A stretch of 64,000 bases of DNA from Dehalococcoidales bacterium (GCA_034414775.1 DAOULX010000024.1:24559-88558), one strand, 5' to 3'. Numbered from the stretch's first letter, positions 28,463 to 38,566 are shown. Numbers and translations: made by a program. Notes: a model not told the origin generated them from the sequence alone.

Positions 28463-29307
28463 TGCGAGAGATAAAAGCCGGCGAAGTTACCACGGCGGTA
28501 GCCGAGCTCTTTCAACGGGCGAACTACGAGCTCAACGAAGATGTCCTGGAGGCGCTAAAGAAGGCCAGACAGGAAGAGCCGTCGGAGCCGGGGAGGGGGG
28601 TCCTGGATACCATCATAGAAAACGCCGCCGTGGCTACTAGGGAAAAGATCCCCCTTTGCCAGGACTGCGGCACGGCCGTCGTCTTTCTTGAAATCGGCCA
28701 GGACGTGCATATTACCGGAGGCAACCTTTATGACGCCGTTAACGAAGGCGTACGACACGCCTATGATGCAGGCTACCTGCGCAAGTCCATGGTAGCCAGC
28801 CCCGTTTCTAAACGTACCAATACCAGTGATAACACTCCGGCGGTCATTCATGTCGATATCGTCCCCGGGGACAGGTTGAAGATAGTCGTCTTGCCCAAGG
28901 GCGGCGGCGCCGAGAACATGAGCCGTCTCGGCATGCTACTACCGGCGGCCGGACGTGCCGGCGTGGCGGACTTCGTCGTCGAGGTGGTGGAGGCGGCCGG
29001 AAGCCAGCCGTGCCCGCCGGTTATTGTTGGAGTGGGGATTGGTGGGACAGGCGAAAAGGCAATGCTGCTGGCCAAGAAAGCCCTGCTGCGGCGAGTCGGC
29101 GAGCCCAGTCCCGATGTCGAGACCGGTGACCTCGAACAGGAAATACTAAAGAGGGTGAATAGCCTTGGCATCGGGCCGGCCGGCTTCGGGGGGAGAGTCA
29201 CCGCCCTGGCGGTCCACGTGGAGACATTTCCGACCCATCTCACCTCCCTGCCGGTAGCCGTGAATATTCAATGCCACAGCCATAGACATCATGAAATGGT
29301 GCTATAG
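28462..29307 (+). CDS. Class I fumarate hydratase / tartrate dehydratase alpha subunit
   Basis: PLCQDCG, KGGGAEN, QPCPP..VGVGIGG, THLTSLPVAVNIQCH..RH. Confidence 0.93.
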   Translation: MREIKAGEVTTAVAELFQRANYELNEDVLEALKKARQEEPSEPGRGVLDTIIENAAVATREKIPLCQDCGTAVVFLEIGQDVHITGGNLYDAVNEGVRHAYDAGYLRKSMVASPVSKRTNTSDNTPAVIHVDIVPGDRLKIVVLPKGGGAENMSRLGMLLPAAGRAGVADFVVEVVEAAGSQPCPPVIVGVGIGGTGEKAMLLAKKALLRRVGEPSPDVETGDLEQEILKRVNSLGIGPAGFGGRVTALAVHVETFPTHLTSLPVAVNIQCHSHRHHEMVL

Positions 29308-29337
29308 AGGCTATATTATCATACACTGGAAGGGGAG

Positions 29338-29874
29338 ATGGCTAAAAGCGTAACACTACCTCTGGCCGATGAAGTCATCGCCGGCCTGAAAGCCGGGGAC
29401 AGCCTGCTGCTTTCGGGCGTCCTCTACACGGCGCGGGACGCCGCCCACCGGCGGATGGTCGAGGCAATGGACAAGGGTGATCCGCTTCCTTTCGAGATCA
29501 AAGGACAGACTATTTACTACATGGGGCCTTCACCGGCGCCCCCGGGACGTCCTATCGGGGCGGCGGGCCCGACCACCAGCGCCCGGCTGGACGGCTATAC
29601 CCCACGCCTCCTCTCCGCCGGCCTGAGGGCGATGATCGGCAAGGGGGCGCGCTCGGTTGAGGTGAAAGAGGCTATGAGGCAACATGGGGCGGTCTACCTG
29701 GCGGCCGTCGGCGGCGCCGGGGCCTTGTTATCAAAATGCATCGTCAAGGCGGAGGTTGTTGCCTATCAGGACCTGGGGCCGGAGGCCGTTCTCCGTCTGG
29801 AGGTGGTTGATTTTCCCGTCACCGTGATCAATGATGTCCACGGCGGAGACCTTTATATTGAAAACCGCGGCTAG
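29338..29874 (+). CDS. Class I fumarate hydratase / tartrate dehydratase beta subunit
   Basis: TARDAAH, GPTTSAR, MIGKG, DLGPEA; C-terminus looks a few residues short. Confidence 0.92.
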   Translation: MAKSVTLPLADEVIAGLKAGDSLLLSGVLYTARDAAHRRMVEAMDKGDPLPFEIKGQTIYYMGPSPAPPGRPIGAAGPTTSARLDGYTPRLLSAGLRAMIGKGARSVEVKEAMRQHGAVYLAAVGGAGALLSKCIVKAEVVAYQDLGPEAVLRLEVVDFPVTVINDVHGGDLYIENRG

Positions 29875-30152
29875 TCGGCCTTGACTATATAACCATCGGC
29901 GAATACGGTGACCAGTCGAACATCTCCGAGACGCACGAAACATTGCTGAAGGCCGGTGTATACATACTGGAGATGATCGACCTCTCCGGCGTTGAGCCCG
30001 GCGACTACGAGCTGGTCTGCCTGACTTTCCGTATGGAGCACGGCGACGCCGGCCCCTGCCGGGCCATTTTATGGCCGCTGAGATGGGCCGGGTATACCTT
30101 GAACACCACACTCTACTACGCTAAAGTAGTAGTGGGATACTATGATCCATAA
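29868..30152 (+). pseudogene. 3' fragment of a cyclase-family (kynurenine formamidase-like) gene
   Basis: RLVGLDYITI..THETLLKAGVYILEMIDLSGVEPGDYELVCLTFRMEHGDAGPCRAIL; no start codon or N-terminal part, fused to the end of the fumarase beta gene. Confidence 0.75.
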
Positions 30153-31536
30153 AAGCCACATCGAAAGCCTGCGCCGTATCGTCGGTAAAGAGAACCTGCT
30201 GACCTCGAAGGAAGAGCTACTCTCCTACTCTTATGATGGCACCGCCACCTGGCAGCACGCGCCGGACGCAGTTGCCCTTCCCGAGAACACCACGCAAATA
30301 TCCGAAATCCTGAAGCTGGCTAACCAGGAGCGTATTCCGGTAACGCCGCGGGGCGGCGGCACCAATGTGAGTGGCGGCTCGATTCCCATCAATGGAGGCA
30401 TCGTCCTCAGCACCACCCGGATGAACAGGATAATCGAAATTAACCGGGACAATCTCAACGCCATAGTGGAGCCGGGCGTCGTCCTCCAGGACTTCCAGGA
30501 CGCTCTAGCCAGGGATGGGCTGTTTTTCCCCCCTGATCCCCAGAGCTTCGCCGGGTGCACCATGGGCGGCGTCGTGGCGGAGAACTCCGGCGGGCCATCC
30601 TGCCTCAAGTACGGGGTCGCCAAACAATACGTACTCGGCCTCGAGGTGGTGCTGGCGGACGGGAGGATTATTAAGCTGGGGGGCGTGACCCCCAAGAACC
30701 GCACCGGCTACGAACTGGCGATGCTCTTCACCGGCTCGGAGGGCACGTTGGGCGTCATCAGCCGGATTATCCTGCGGCTGTTGCCGGTGCCGCGGGCCAA
30801 CCGGACCATCGTGGCCCTTTTCAGCGATGTAGCCACGGCCGGAGAGACCGTCTCGGAGATTATTTCCAGCAGCGTGCTCCCCTCCAAAGTAGAGTTCATC
30901 GATAGCTGGACTTTCGAGAAGTTCCGCGGGCTTCTATCAGACGCTATTCTTGACGCCTCCCAGGTTATCCTGTTGATACAGGTGGACGGACTGCCGGAGA
31001 CGGTGGCCGCCGAAGCGCAACAGGTCCTGAACATCTGCCGGGGAAGCGCCGCCGAAGTCAGAGAGGCCGGGAGCAAAGAGGAATCCGACCGCTACTGGGC
31101 GGCCCGGGCCGCTCATTTTTCCGATATTTCCAGTCGTTGTCATACCCTGGTGAACGAGGACGTGTCCGTGCCGCGCGATCGCATCGCCGAGTTTATCCGG
31201 AAAAGCCAGGAAACCGCCCGGCGCTATGATATTAACGTCAGCTTCGCCGGGCATGTCGGGGACGGTAATTTTCACCCCAATGTGCTCACGGACGACCGCG
31301 ACCAGGAGCACTATCAGCGCGCCCTGGCCTTCGTTGATGAGATCATCGAGATAGCCCTTTCACTTGGCGGCGTGCTTTCCGGCGAGCATGGCATCGGCTT
31401 GGAAAAGAAGCGTTTTTTAAAGAAGGCCATGGACCCCGTGGCCATTGAAATCATGAAGAAGATAAAGGACGTCCTGGACCCGAACCACATTCTGAATCCG
31501 GGCAAAATATGGGAAGAAGAAGACCGGGGCGTTTAA
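30142..31536 (+). CDS. glcD: FAD-linked 2-hydroxyacid oxidase (GlcD-like)
   Basis: PRGGGT.VSGG, PDPQS, GSEGTLGVI, GHVGDGNFH, GEHGIG.EK, ILNPGK. Confidence 0.9.
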   Translation: MIHKSHIESLRRIVGKENLLTSKEELLSYSYDGTATWQHAPDAVALPENTTQISEILKLANQERIPVTPRGGGTNVSGGSIPINGGIVLSTTRMNRIIEINRDNLNAIVEPGVVLQDFQDALARDGLFFPPDPQSFAGCTMGGVVAENSGGPSCLKYGVAKQYVLGLEVVLADGRIIKLGGVTPKNRTGYELAMLFTGSEGTLGVISRIILRLLPVPRANRTIVALFSDVATAGETVSEIISSSVLPSKVEFIDSWTFEKFRGLLSDAILDASQVILLIQVDGLPETVAAEAQQVLNICRGSAAEVREAGSKEESDRYWAARAAHFSDISSRCHTLVNEDVSVPRDRIAEFIRKSQETARRYDINVSFAGHVGDGNFHPNVLTDDRDQEHYQRALAFVDEIIEIALSLGGVLSGEHGIGLEKKRFLKKAMDPVAIEIMKKIKDVLDPNHILNPGKIWEEEDRGV

Positions 31537-31608
31537 GAGGGGTGCAGACCCCTCTTTAAAAAAAGTTTCCCCTTCCCCTTCAGGGGAAGGGGATCAAGGG
31601 GATAGGGC
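31535..31608. repeat. Purine/pyrimidine-tract palindromic repeat (family B), possible terminator
   Basis: AAGAGGGGT-gcag-ACCCCTCTT, then CCCCTTCCCCT-tca-GGGGAAGGGG hairpins. Confidence 0.65.
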
Positions 31609-31648
31609 AGCCGAATTAATATAGTACATAAATTAAAAAGGGTGGTCA

Positions 31649-31675
31649 CTGGATTCCAGCTTTCGCAGGAATGAC
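31649..31675. repeat. REP-like short repeat, family D (CTGGATTCC.GC.TTCGC.GGAATGAC)
   Basis: Related copies at 39174-39200 (reverse) and 45694-45720. Confidence 0.7.
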
Positions 31676-31686
31676 AAATCTGGTTC

Positions 31687-32970
31687 GTGAGCACAACATA
31701 TCAATACGAGAACATCGAAAAATTCCGGGACGAGCTCGAAAAGTGCACCAAGTGCGGTTTCTGCATGGCCTCCTGCCCGGTCTACCGTGAAGAACGCATC
31801 GAGTCCTCGGTGGCCCGCGGGAAAATCATGCTCATCAGGGCGCTCGTTAAAGGCGAACTGACCGCCAATGATGCAATGGGCTGGCAGCTTAACCAGTGCA
31901 CTTTATGCATGACCTGTTCCGCCAATTGCCCGGCGGGAACACGGGTCCCCGCGGTCATCACCGCCGCCCGGGCAGACAAAGTCATTAAGACGGGTCTTCC
32001 CCTGAGCTACCGCCTTATCTACCGGTGGCTGCTGCCGCGGCGGAGGCTCTTCGGGTACGTCTTGCGGCTGGCTTCCTGGTTCCAGGGGATATTCCTGCCC
32101 AAAACCGAGGGCAGCATCCGTCACCTTTCATTTTTCCTGTCGGCGCTGGGAAAGGGACGCCACATCCCTCAGATAGCCCCCCGCTTCCTGCGCCAGTCCG
32201 TTCCGGAGATCAACCGCCCGCCGGATGGCGTGCCTGCTCAACTTGCGGTGGGATACTTCACCGGCTGTATGACGGATTTTGTTTTCCCCGAGCTCGGCGA
32301 GAAGATAGTCCGGTTCCTTACCAGAAATGGGGTGGAAGTGGTGGTGCCGCGGGGCCAGGGGTGCTGCGGGGCGCCGGTCTTTCTCGGGGCGGGTGACTTC
32401 GCTACGGGACGACGCATGGCGGATACCAATGTCAGGGCCTTCAAGGGACTGGAATATATCGTGACGGACTGCGCCACCTGTGCTTCGGCAATGAAGGACT
32501 ACGTCAGATTCCTGGCGGACACCGAGGAGCGAAAACGATCGTACGCTGAATATGCCGATAAAATAAAAGATATCACCGAGTTCCTGGTGGATATCCTCAA
32601 ACTGCCGCCTTCGGCTTACCGAGCCGCTGCTGACGTACGCGGTAAAACCGTCACCTGGCACGAGCCCTGCCACCTGGGCCGCTACCTCGGCGTTAAGGAA
32701 CAACCGCGGCAGATACTGAAATCCATACCCGATATTGAGTACGTTGAAATGCCCGAGGCCGACCGCTGTTGTGGTATGGCCGGGACTTTCTCGGTCAACT
32801 TCTATGAACTATCGAAGAAGATAGCTGATAAAAAGACGGAAAATATCGCCGTTACCGGCGCGGATATCGTCGTGACGGACTGCCCGGGATGTCAGATTCA
32901 GCTAATCGACAGCGCCAGGCGGCGGGGCATGCTGCAGCGGGTCATGCACATTATGGAGCTGCTGGAATAA
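31687..32970 (+). CDS. glcF: Fe-S subunit GlcF-like (2x[4Fe-4S] plus 2 CCG domains)
   Basis: CTKCGFCMASCP, CTLCMTC..CP, GCCG, DCATC, HEPCHL, RCCG, DCPGC. Confidence 0.88.
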   Translation: MSTTYQYENIEKFRDELEKCTKCGFCMASCPVYREERIESSVARGKIMLIRALVKGELTANDAMGWQLNQCTLCMTCSANCPAGTRVPAVITAARADKVIKTGLPLSYRLIYRWLLPRRRLFGYVLRLASWFQGIFLPKTEGSIRHLSFFLSALGKGRHIPQIAPRFLRQSVPEINRPPDGVPAQLAVGYFTGCMTDFVFPELGEKIVRFLTRNGVEVVVPRGQGCCGAPVFLGAGDFATGRRMADTNVRAFKGLEYIVTDCATCASAMKDYVRFLADTEERKRSYAEYADKIKDITEFLVDILKLPPSAYRAAADVRGKTVTWHEPCHLGRYLGVKEQPRQILKSIPDIEYVEMPEADRCCGMAGTFSVNFYELSKKIADKKTENIAVTGADIVVTDCPGCQIQLIDSARRRGMLQRVMHIMELLE

Positions 32971-32986
32971 AGCTTATTCGGGGATT

Positions 32987-33457
32987 CTAGCCGCCGTCCA
33001 GTTGAGGAAAGGCGACCTCGTTGTAGAGGTATTCCACACGGTGCTTGTGTTCTAACTCCTGAGATGCCAGGTCTTCGAATAGCTCCCTGACTTTGCCCGG
33101 TTCATGTTCGGCCGCCAGGCCAAGGTAAAGCTCGTGGGAAGCCATTTCGCGCCCCGAGGCCAGTAAAAGGACTTCGTCCAGCTTCATATCAGGATCGATG
33201 GGGGGGTGTTCGAAATGTTCGGCTATCTTATAGTCGACAACCTGCCCGGCTTTCAGGGTTCCCTCGCCCAATTCACCACGCAGGTACTGACGTAACAGCT
33301 CTTCGTGCTTCTTCTCGACACGGGAGAGCTCGGTAAGCATTTCCCGGGCGGTATCGTTGGCCGAGGCGGTACTCAATCGGGTGTATAGTTCCTGGGCCTC
33401 GATTTCCTTTTCTATTGCCTTTTCCATTACGTCTTGTATCGTATAGGATTCTGCCAT
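32987..33457 (-). CDS. Ferritin-like / rubrerythrin-family protein
   Basis: Two E..E..Y / E..H diiron half-sites (EKEIEAQELY..EKKH; GREMASHELY..ELEH). Confidence 0.85.
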   Translation of the reverse strand: MAESYTIQDVMEKAIEKEIEAQELYTRLSTASANDTAREMLTELSRVEKKHEELLRQYLRGELGEGTLKAGQVVDYKIAEHFEHPPIDPDMKLDEVLLLASGREMASHELYLGLAAEHEPGKVRELFEDLASQELEHKHRVEYLYNEVAFPQLDGG

Positions 33458-33527
33458 ATGTACCTCGCGGTTTTATCTCGGTTTTCAAGCGGAGGAGGTG
33501 ACTTTAACAGGAATATTGACAACGGAG

Positions 33528-33773
33528 CTATTTTATCTGCCGGAGGAACTCCTTAGCCTGGTAGTCCCATTCGTGGGACTCCACCTCTACTGTGGAGCCC
33601 TTTTCTTCAGGCCTGATGTTAACAACGATACCGCCGCCGCCGCCTTCAAAGGCGGCCCCATCGTCCGAAGATTCCCGCACCTTCAGTCCGTAGCCACCCG
33701 GTCCGAAGAACTTAATGGCACGGGCTACCACTTCCTGGGAGCCCAGCTTTGTTTTTGCCTCGATTCTCAGCAA
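33528..33773 (-). CDS. Hypothetical protein (81 aa)
   Basis: TTG start at 33773 with AGGAGG RBS; co-oriented between fprA and the ferritin-like gene. Confidence 0.7.
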   Translation of the reverse strand: MLRIEAKTKLGSQEVVARAIKFFGPGGYGLKVRESSDDGAAFEGGGGGIVVNIRPEEKGSTVEVESHEWDYQAKEFLRQIK

Positions 33774-33786
33774 TTTTGGCCTCCTT

Positions 33787-34971
33787 TTAAGAGAACCCGG
33801 CTTCCTTATGTTTCTGGGCAATGGTTTCAGCCAGGTTATCGAGTGCCTGAAAATCCGCCTCCCGGGGGAAACCTTTAACCATCACCGGGGTCAGGACTTC
33901 CGCCTTCAGATTGGGAATCATGGCGCTGATCTGCTCGACGGCCTTGCTTCCCCAGCCGTAGGATCCGACAATCGAAGCGAAGCGGACTTTGGGTCTCAGG
34001 GCATTGGCCAGGAAGACAGCGTAGGCAGCCTGGGGATGCGGACCGACCAGGACGGTCGGAGTGCCGACGACAATGGTACCGGCGTCCACCAGGGCCATAG
34101 CCAGTTTGCCGATATCGGTTACGGCCAGGTCGAACAGCTTTACCGTAACTCCCCTGCCAGTAAGGGCATCGACGAGGCGCAAAACCATCGTGCGGGTGAT
34201 GCCGTGCATCGAAACATAGGGGATCACCACGATGTTCGCCGGCTCATCGTAAGCCCAGCTATGGTATGCATCCAGAATAAACTTTGGATTATTATACATC
34301 GGGCCGTGGCTCGGCGCTACAATATCAATGGCGTAGTCTTTGATTTTCTCAAGGTTGTTTTGAATGCTAGAGCGGAAGGGCATCATGATCTCGGCGTAGT
34401 ACCGCTTGGCCGCTTCGTGGACCTGACCCTCGTCGGTAACGTACATGTCGGAAGTGGCGACGTGCGAGCCGAAGAAGTCGCAGGGAAAGAGTATCTTCTC
34501 TTCCTTGAGATAGGTCAGCATAGTCTCCGGCCAGTGCACCCAGGGGGCATAGATAAACTCCAGGGTGCGGTCGCCCAGGGAGATCGTTTCCCTGTCCGCG
34601 ACCGTCTTGAATCTTTCCTCGGGCACCATGAAACGGTCGATGAGCATACCGCGGCAGAGAGGCGTGCAAACAGCCTGGGCCTCGGGGTATTTCTCCAGGA
34701 TGGCGACGATACTGCCGGAGTGGTCGGGTTCGGCGTGGTTGAAAACCACGTAATCAATGCGCTTGATGCCCAATCCGTCGAGGTTATCTATAAGCACCTG
34801 GCGCATTGTCGGGTCCACGGTATCGATCAGGGCGGTCTTCTCACTGCCCTTCACCAGGTACGAATTGTAGCTCGTTCCATCCGGCAGAGGTATCAAGGAA
34901 TCGAACAAACGCCGGTTCCAATCAACAGCGCCAACACAATATACGTCTTCTTTCAGTTTTCTCGGCCTCAT
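33787..34971 (-). CDS. fprA: Flavodiiron protein (FprA / A-type flavoprotein)
   Basis: GTSYNSYL, NHAEPDHSG, HWPETM, CDFFGSH, APSHG; C-terminal flavodoxin domain (GSYGWG). Confidence 0.95.
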   Translation of the reverse strand: MRPRKLKEDVYCVGAVDWNRRLFDSLIPLPDGTSYNSYLVKGSEKTALIDTVDPTMRQVLIDNLDGLGIKRIDYVVFNHAEPDHSGSIVAILEKYPEAQAVCTPLCRGMLIDRFMVPEERFKTVADRETISLGDRTLEFIYAPWVHWPETMLTYLKEEKILFPCDFFGSHVATSDMYVTDEGQVHEAAKRYYAEIMMPFRSSIQNNLEKIKDYAIDIVAPSHGPMYNNPKFILDAYHSWAYDEPANIVVIPYVSMHGITRTMVLRLVDALTGRGVTVKLFDLAVTDIGKLAMALVDAGTIVVGTPTVLVGPHPQAAYAVFLANALRPKVRFASIVGSYGWGSKAVEQISAMIPNLKAEVLTPVMVKGFPREADFQALDNLAETIAQKHKEAGFS

Positions 34972-35209
34972 AAATACCTCCTGGATTTTAAACTAATAAA
35001 AACCATCCTCCCAATAAATAGTATAAGATATAAGGTTTAGGACTTTTATCTCAACTATATTATATTCCAATACGCATTGAATATTGATAACGGTTTCGTA
35101 AAATACCAGAGGAAAAAGTTACAAAGTTATTTCATTCCTGGCCAAATGTTTTGACATATCGCACGGACAGGTTCTATTATCTTGACGGGGGAAGCTGCCG
35201 GAGAGGTTT

Positions 35210-35914
35210 ATGAGGCGATTCCGCGTACTGGTAGTCGATGACGAGACAAGGATATTGAACTTCCTTGTCTCCAAACTGAAAGCTTCTGGATATGAAGTTA
35301 TCACGGCCATCAACGGCCTGGAGGGCCTGGAACAGACGAAAGCGCAGGAACCGGACCTTATCGTCCTGGACTTACTGATGCCCAAGATGAACGGGCTAGA
35401 GATGCTCAAGGAGCTACGCGAGTTCTCGACGGCCCCGGTCATCGTCTTGACCGCCAAAGGCGCCGACGCGGACAGGATCCGCGGTTTGCAACTCGGTGCG
35501 GACGACTATCTGCCCAAGCCGTTCAATCCCGACGAGCTGGTGGCCAGGATCGAGGCCATCAGGCGGCGGCTCGGTCCGGAAAAGCGACGGGACATGCTAG
35601 GGGTGTTCACCCTGGGGAATATAGTGGTGGATTTCAAGAACCATAATATAATGGTCCGTGGCGAAGTCAAGTACCTTACCCGTATCGAATGGCTTTTGCT
35701 GAGCCAGCTCATCAACAATTCCGGGCGCCTGATGATGTACGAAGAGCTCCTTACCAGCGTCTGGGGCCCCGAATACCGCAATGATGTCCAGATTCTACGC
35801 ACCTGGGTCAGCCGTTTGAGGAACAAACTGGAGACCGACCCGCGCCGGCCGAGCATCATCCGGACCATCCCCAAGACCGGCTATATCATCGACAACCCGG
35901 CACAACCGCGCTGA
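35210..35914 (+). CDS. Orphan OmpR/KdpE-like response regulator
   Basis: VVDDE, DLIVLDL, DDYLPKPF, winged helix (LTRIE, VWG, RLRNKLE, GY); no adjacent kinase. Confidence 0.93.
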   Translation: MRRFRVLVVDDETRILNFLVSKLKASGYEVITAINGLEGLEQTKAQEPDLIVLDLLMPKMNGLEMLKELREFSTAPVIVLTAKGADADRIRGLQLGADDYLPKPFNPDELVARIEAIRRRLGPEKRRDMLGVFTLGNIVVDFKNHNIMVRGEVKYLTRIEWLLLSQLINNSGRLMMYEELLTSVWGPEYRNDVQILRTWVSRLRNKLETDPRRPSIIRTIPKTGYIIDNPAQPR

Positions 35915-36084
35915 GATGGCCAGAAATACCGCTACCGTCTTCCGTGTCTTTCCATAATGTGATAGTTTTGTAACTTTTTCCAGCCCGATTTTATAACTTC
36001 GTTATCGCTTAAACGTTATCATCAAGTATACCCTATTGCATTTCAGCAGAACTTTTATAAGGCGGTACCCGGCGGAAGAGATAT

Positions 36085-36789
36085 ATGGTTACTCAAATTT
36101 GTGAACCTAATATCCCGGAGGAGGTAAGCGCGGAGTTCCTCCGCCAGAGCCCCTATTTTCAAGGGCTCGATGAGGAGTGCCTTGATAAAATCAGCCGCCT
36201 GATGGTAACCCGGTCGGTGGAGAAGCGCGAGATAATCTGGCTGGAACAGGAGCCGGCCAAAACGATTTATTTCGTGGGGGCCGGGCTGATCAAGCTTTTC
36301 AAGACCTCACCGGCCGGTAAGGAGCAGATCCTGCGGCTGGTCCAGCCGTGCCAGGCTTTCGGGCACGCCGGCGCCCTGAACGGCGGCAGCAATCCCGAGA
36401 GTGCCCAGGCGCTGGTGCCCTCGGTAATCTACGGGCTCGCCAGCAGTGACCTCAGGGTGTTGCTGGGGAAGAACCAGCAACTGGCGCAGAACACCATCAA
36501 GGTACTGGCGACGGAGATGCACCACTACATGTCGCTCGTGGAGGACCTCTCGCTGAGATGCGTCAGTGGAAGGCTCGCCAAGATGCTGCTGGCCGACGAT
36601 GATAACAAAGATGGTGATACCTCTCCAGCACTCACCCGGGCCGATATGGCGGCCATGGCCGGGACAGTCAGGGAGGTCATTGGCAAGACCCTCAAGGCCC
36701 TGGAAGACAAGGGCATCATCCGTTATAACCGCCGTGAAATAGTCATTCGTAACCGCGAAGCCCTGCAGACAATAGTACAGTCGATGTAA
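36085..36789 (+). CDS. Crp/Fnr-family transcriptional regulator
   Basis: cNMP-binding fold (IKLFKTSPAGKEQIL) and HTH TRADMAAMAGTVREVIGKTL. Confidence 0.92.
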   Translation: MVTQICEPNIPEEVSAEFLRQSPYFQGLDEECLDKISRLMVTRSVEKREIIWLEQEPAKTIYFVGAGLIKLFKTSPAGKEQILRLVQPCQAFGHAGALNGGSNPESAQALVPSVIYGLASSDLRVLLGKNQQLAQNTIKVLATEMHHYMSLVEDLSLRCVSGRLAKMLLADDDNKDGDTSPALTRADMAAMAGTVREVIGKTLKALEDKGIIRYNRREIVIRNREALQTIVQSM

Positions 36790-36889
36790 GCCACAGTTCT
36801 CGCATTCTTTTCTTTTCCATCTCTCTGGTTGCCCGTTAAAACCGCCTTATGTTATCATTTACCCGAATCTACGTGTGAGGTGACTACGC

Positions 36890-38434
36890 TTGAAAGAAGA
36901 GCTGGAAAAACTGGCCAAACTTGAGGCCGAGGTCAAGGCTGGGGGTGGTGAAAAGAGCATCCAAAAACAGCACGATTCGGGGAAGCTGACGGCCCGGGAG
37001 AGGCTCGACATGTTCTTCGATAAGGGCACTTTTCAGGAGATCGACCTCTTCGTCCAGCACCGGTCGACCAACTTCGGCATGGACAAGGTATCTATTCCGG
37101 CGGATGGAGTGGTCACTGGCTACGGCAAGGTCGGCGAGCGTACCGTCTGCGCCTACGCCCAGGACTTCACCTCCCGCGGCGGTACTCTGGGTGAGATGCA
37201 CGCCAAGAAAATCTGCCGGATTATGGACCTGGCTATGAAGATGAGAGCCCCGATGGTCGGCTTCATCGATAGCGGCGGCGCCCGCATCCAGGAAGGCATC
37301 AACGCCCTGGACGGCTATGCTAATATCTTCTACCGCAACTCGGCGGCCTCCGGGGTCATCCCGCAGATATCGGCCATCATGGGCCCGGCAGCGGGAGGCG
37401 CCGTCTACTCCCCGGCCATGACGGACTTCGTTTTCATGGTCAAGAAGACGAGCTATATGTTCATCACCGGCCCGGCCGTGGTGAAATCGGTCACCGGTGA
37501 GGAGATCGCCAACGATGAGCTCGGCGGTGCCCTGACGCACAGTACCAAGAGCGGTGTTGCCCAGTTCGCCTGTGACAGCGATGAGCAGGCTATCGAAGAA
37601 ATCAAAAAGCTGCTGTCTTATATCCCCTCGAACAATGAGGAAGCGCCACCCGATGCCGCACCTGCCAACCCGCCTGAAGATGCCGCGGCCGCCCTCGATG
37701 ACCTGCTGCCGGAAAACGCCAACAAGGGATATAACATGAAGGACGTCATCCGGGGCATCGTCGACCGTGGCGAATTTATGGAACCATCCCGCCAGTACGC
37801 CCAGAACATGATTACAGCCTTCGCCCGGATAGGCGGCCGCGCCGTTGGCATCATCGCCAATCAGCCGATGTATCTGGCCGGCTGTCTCGATATTAACGCC
37901 TCAGACAAGGCGACGCGTTTCATCCGCTTCTGTGACGCTTTCAACATCCCGCTGCTGACCATCGCCGACGTGCCTGGCTTCCTGCCCGGCTCCCACCAGG
38001 AGTGGGGAGGCATCATCCGGCACGGCGCCAAGCTGCTCTGGTGCTACGCCGAGGCCACCGTGCCCAAGATAACGCTGATAACGCGTAAAGCCTATGGCGG
38101 GGCTTACATCGCCATGTGCAGCCAGGGGCTGGGGGCGGACTATACCCTGGCCTGGCCGCAGGCCGAGATTGCGGTCATGGGCGCCGAGGCGGCCACGGCC
38201 ATCATCCACCGTAGCGAGATCGAACAGGCCGAAGACAAAGAGGCCAAGGAGCAGGAGAAAATAGCCGAGTACCGCGAGCTGCTTTATAATCCCTATGTGG
38301 CTGCCAGAATTGGCTATGTTAACGCGGTCTGCCTGCCGCATGACACCCGGGCGAAAATCATCGCGGCGCTGGAGGCGCTGGAGGACAAGGCAGAGACACG
38401 CCCCTGGAAGAAGCACGGCAACATCCCGATGTAG
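36890..38434 (+). CDS. Acyl-CoA carboxylase carboxyltransferase / methylmalonyl-CoA decarboxylase alpha subunit
   Basis: GKLTARER, DSGGARIQEG, GGAVYSPA, DVPGFLPG, RKAYGGAY, KKHGNIP. Confidence 0.93.
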   Translation: MKEELEKLAKLEAEVKAGGGEKSIQKQHDSGKLTARERLDMFFDKGTFQEIDLFVQHRSTNFGMDKVSIPADGVVTGYGKVGERTVCAYAQDFTSRGGTLGEMHAKKICRIMDLAMKMRAPMVGFIDSGGARIQEGINALDGYANIFYRNSAASGVIPQISAIMGPAAGGAVYSPAMTDFVFMVKKTSYMFITGPAVVKSVTGEEIANDELGGALTHSTKSGVAQFACDSDEQAIEEIKKLLSYIPSNNEEAPPDAAPANPPEDAAAALDDLLPENANKGYNMKDVIRGIVDRGEFMEPSRQYAQNMITAFARIGGRAVGIIANQPMYLAGCLDINASDKATRFIRFCDAFNIPLLTIADVPGFLPGSHQEWGGIIRHGAKLLWCYAEATVPKITLITRKAYGGAYIAMCSQGLGADYTLAWPQAEIAVMGAEAATAIIHRSEIEQAEDKEAKEQEKIAEYRELLYNPYVAARIGYVNAVCLPHDTRAKIIAALEALEDKAETRPWKKHGNIPM

Positions 38435-38440
38435 GGGGTG

Positions 38441-38558
38441 AAAATCCCCCTTAATCCCCTCCTTCGGCTACGCTCAGGACATGCTTTACAAGGGGGAGAC
38501 TGGAAAGGGAGTGTGTACCTGTCGTCTCCCTTTGTAAAGGGAGAGTGAGAGGGATTTT
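38441..38558. repeat. Palindromic repeat (family B) with nested CCTTCGGCTACGCTCAGG unit
   Basis: Termini AAAATCCC...GGGATTTT, internal CCCTTTGTAAAGGG; insert at 38461-38484. Confidence 0.7.
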
Positions 38559-38566
38559 AGACTGAC

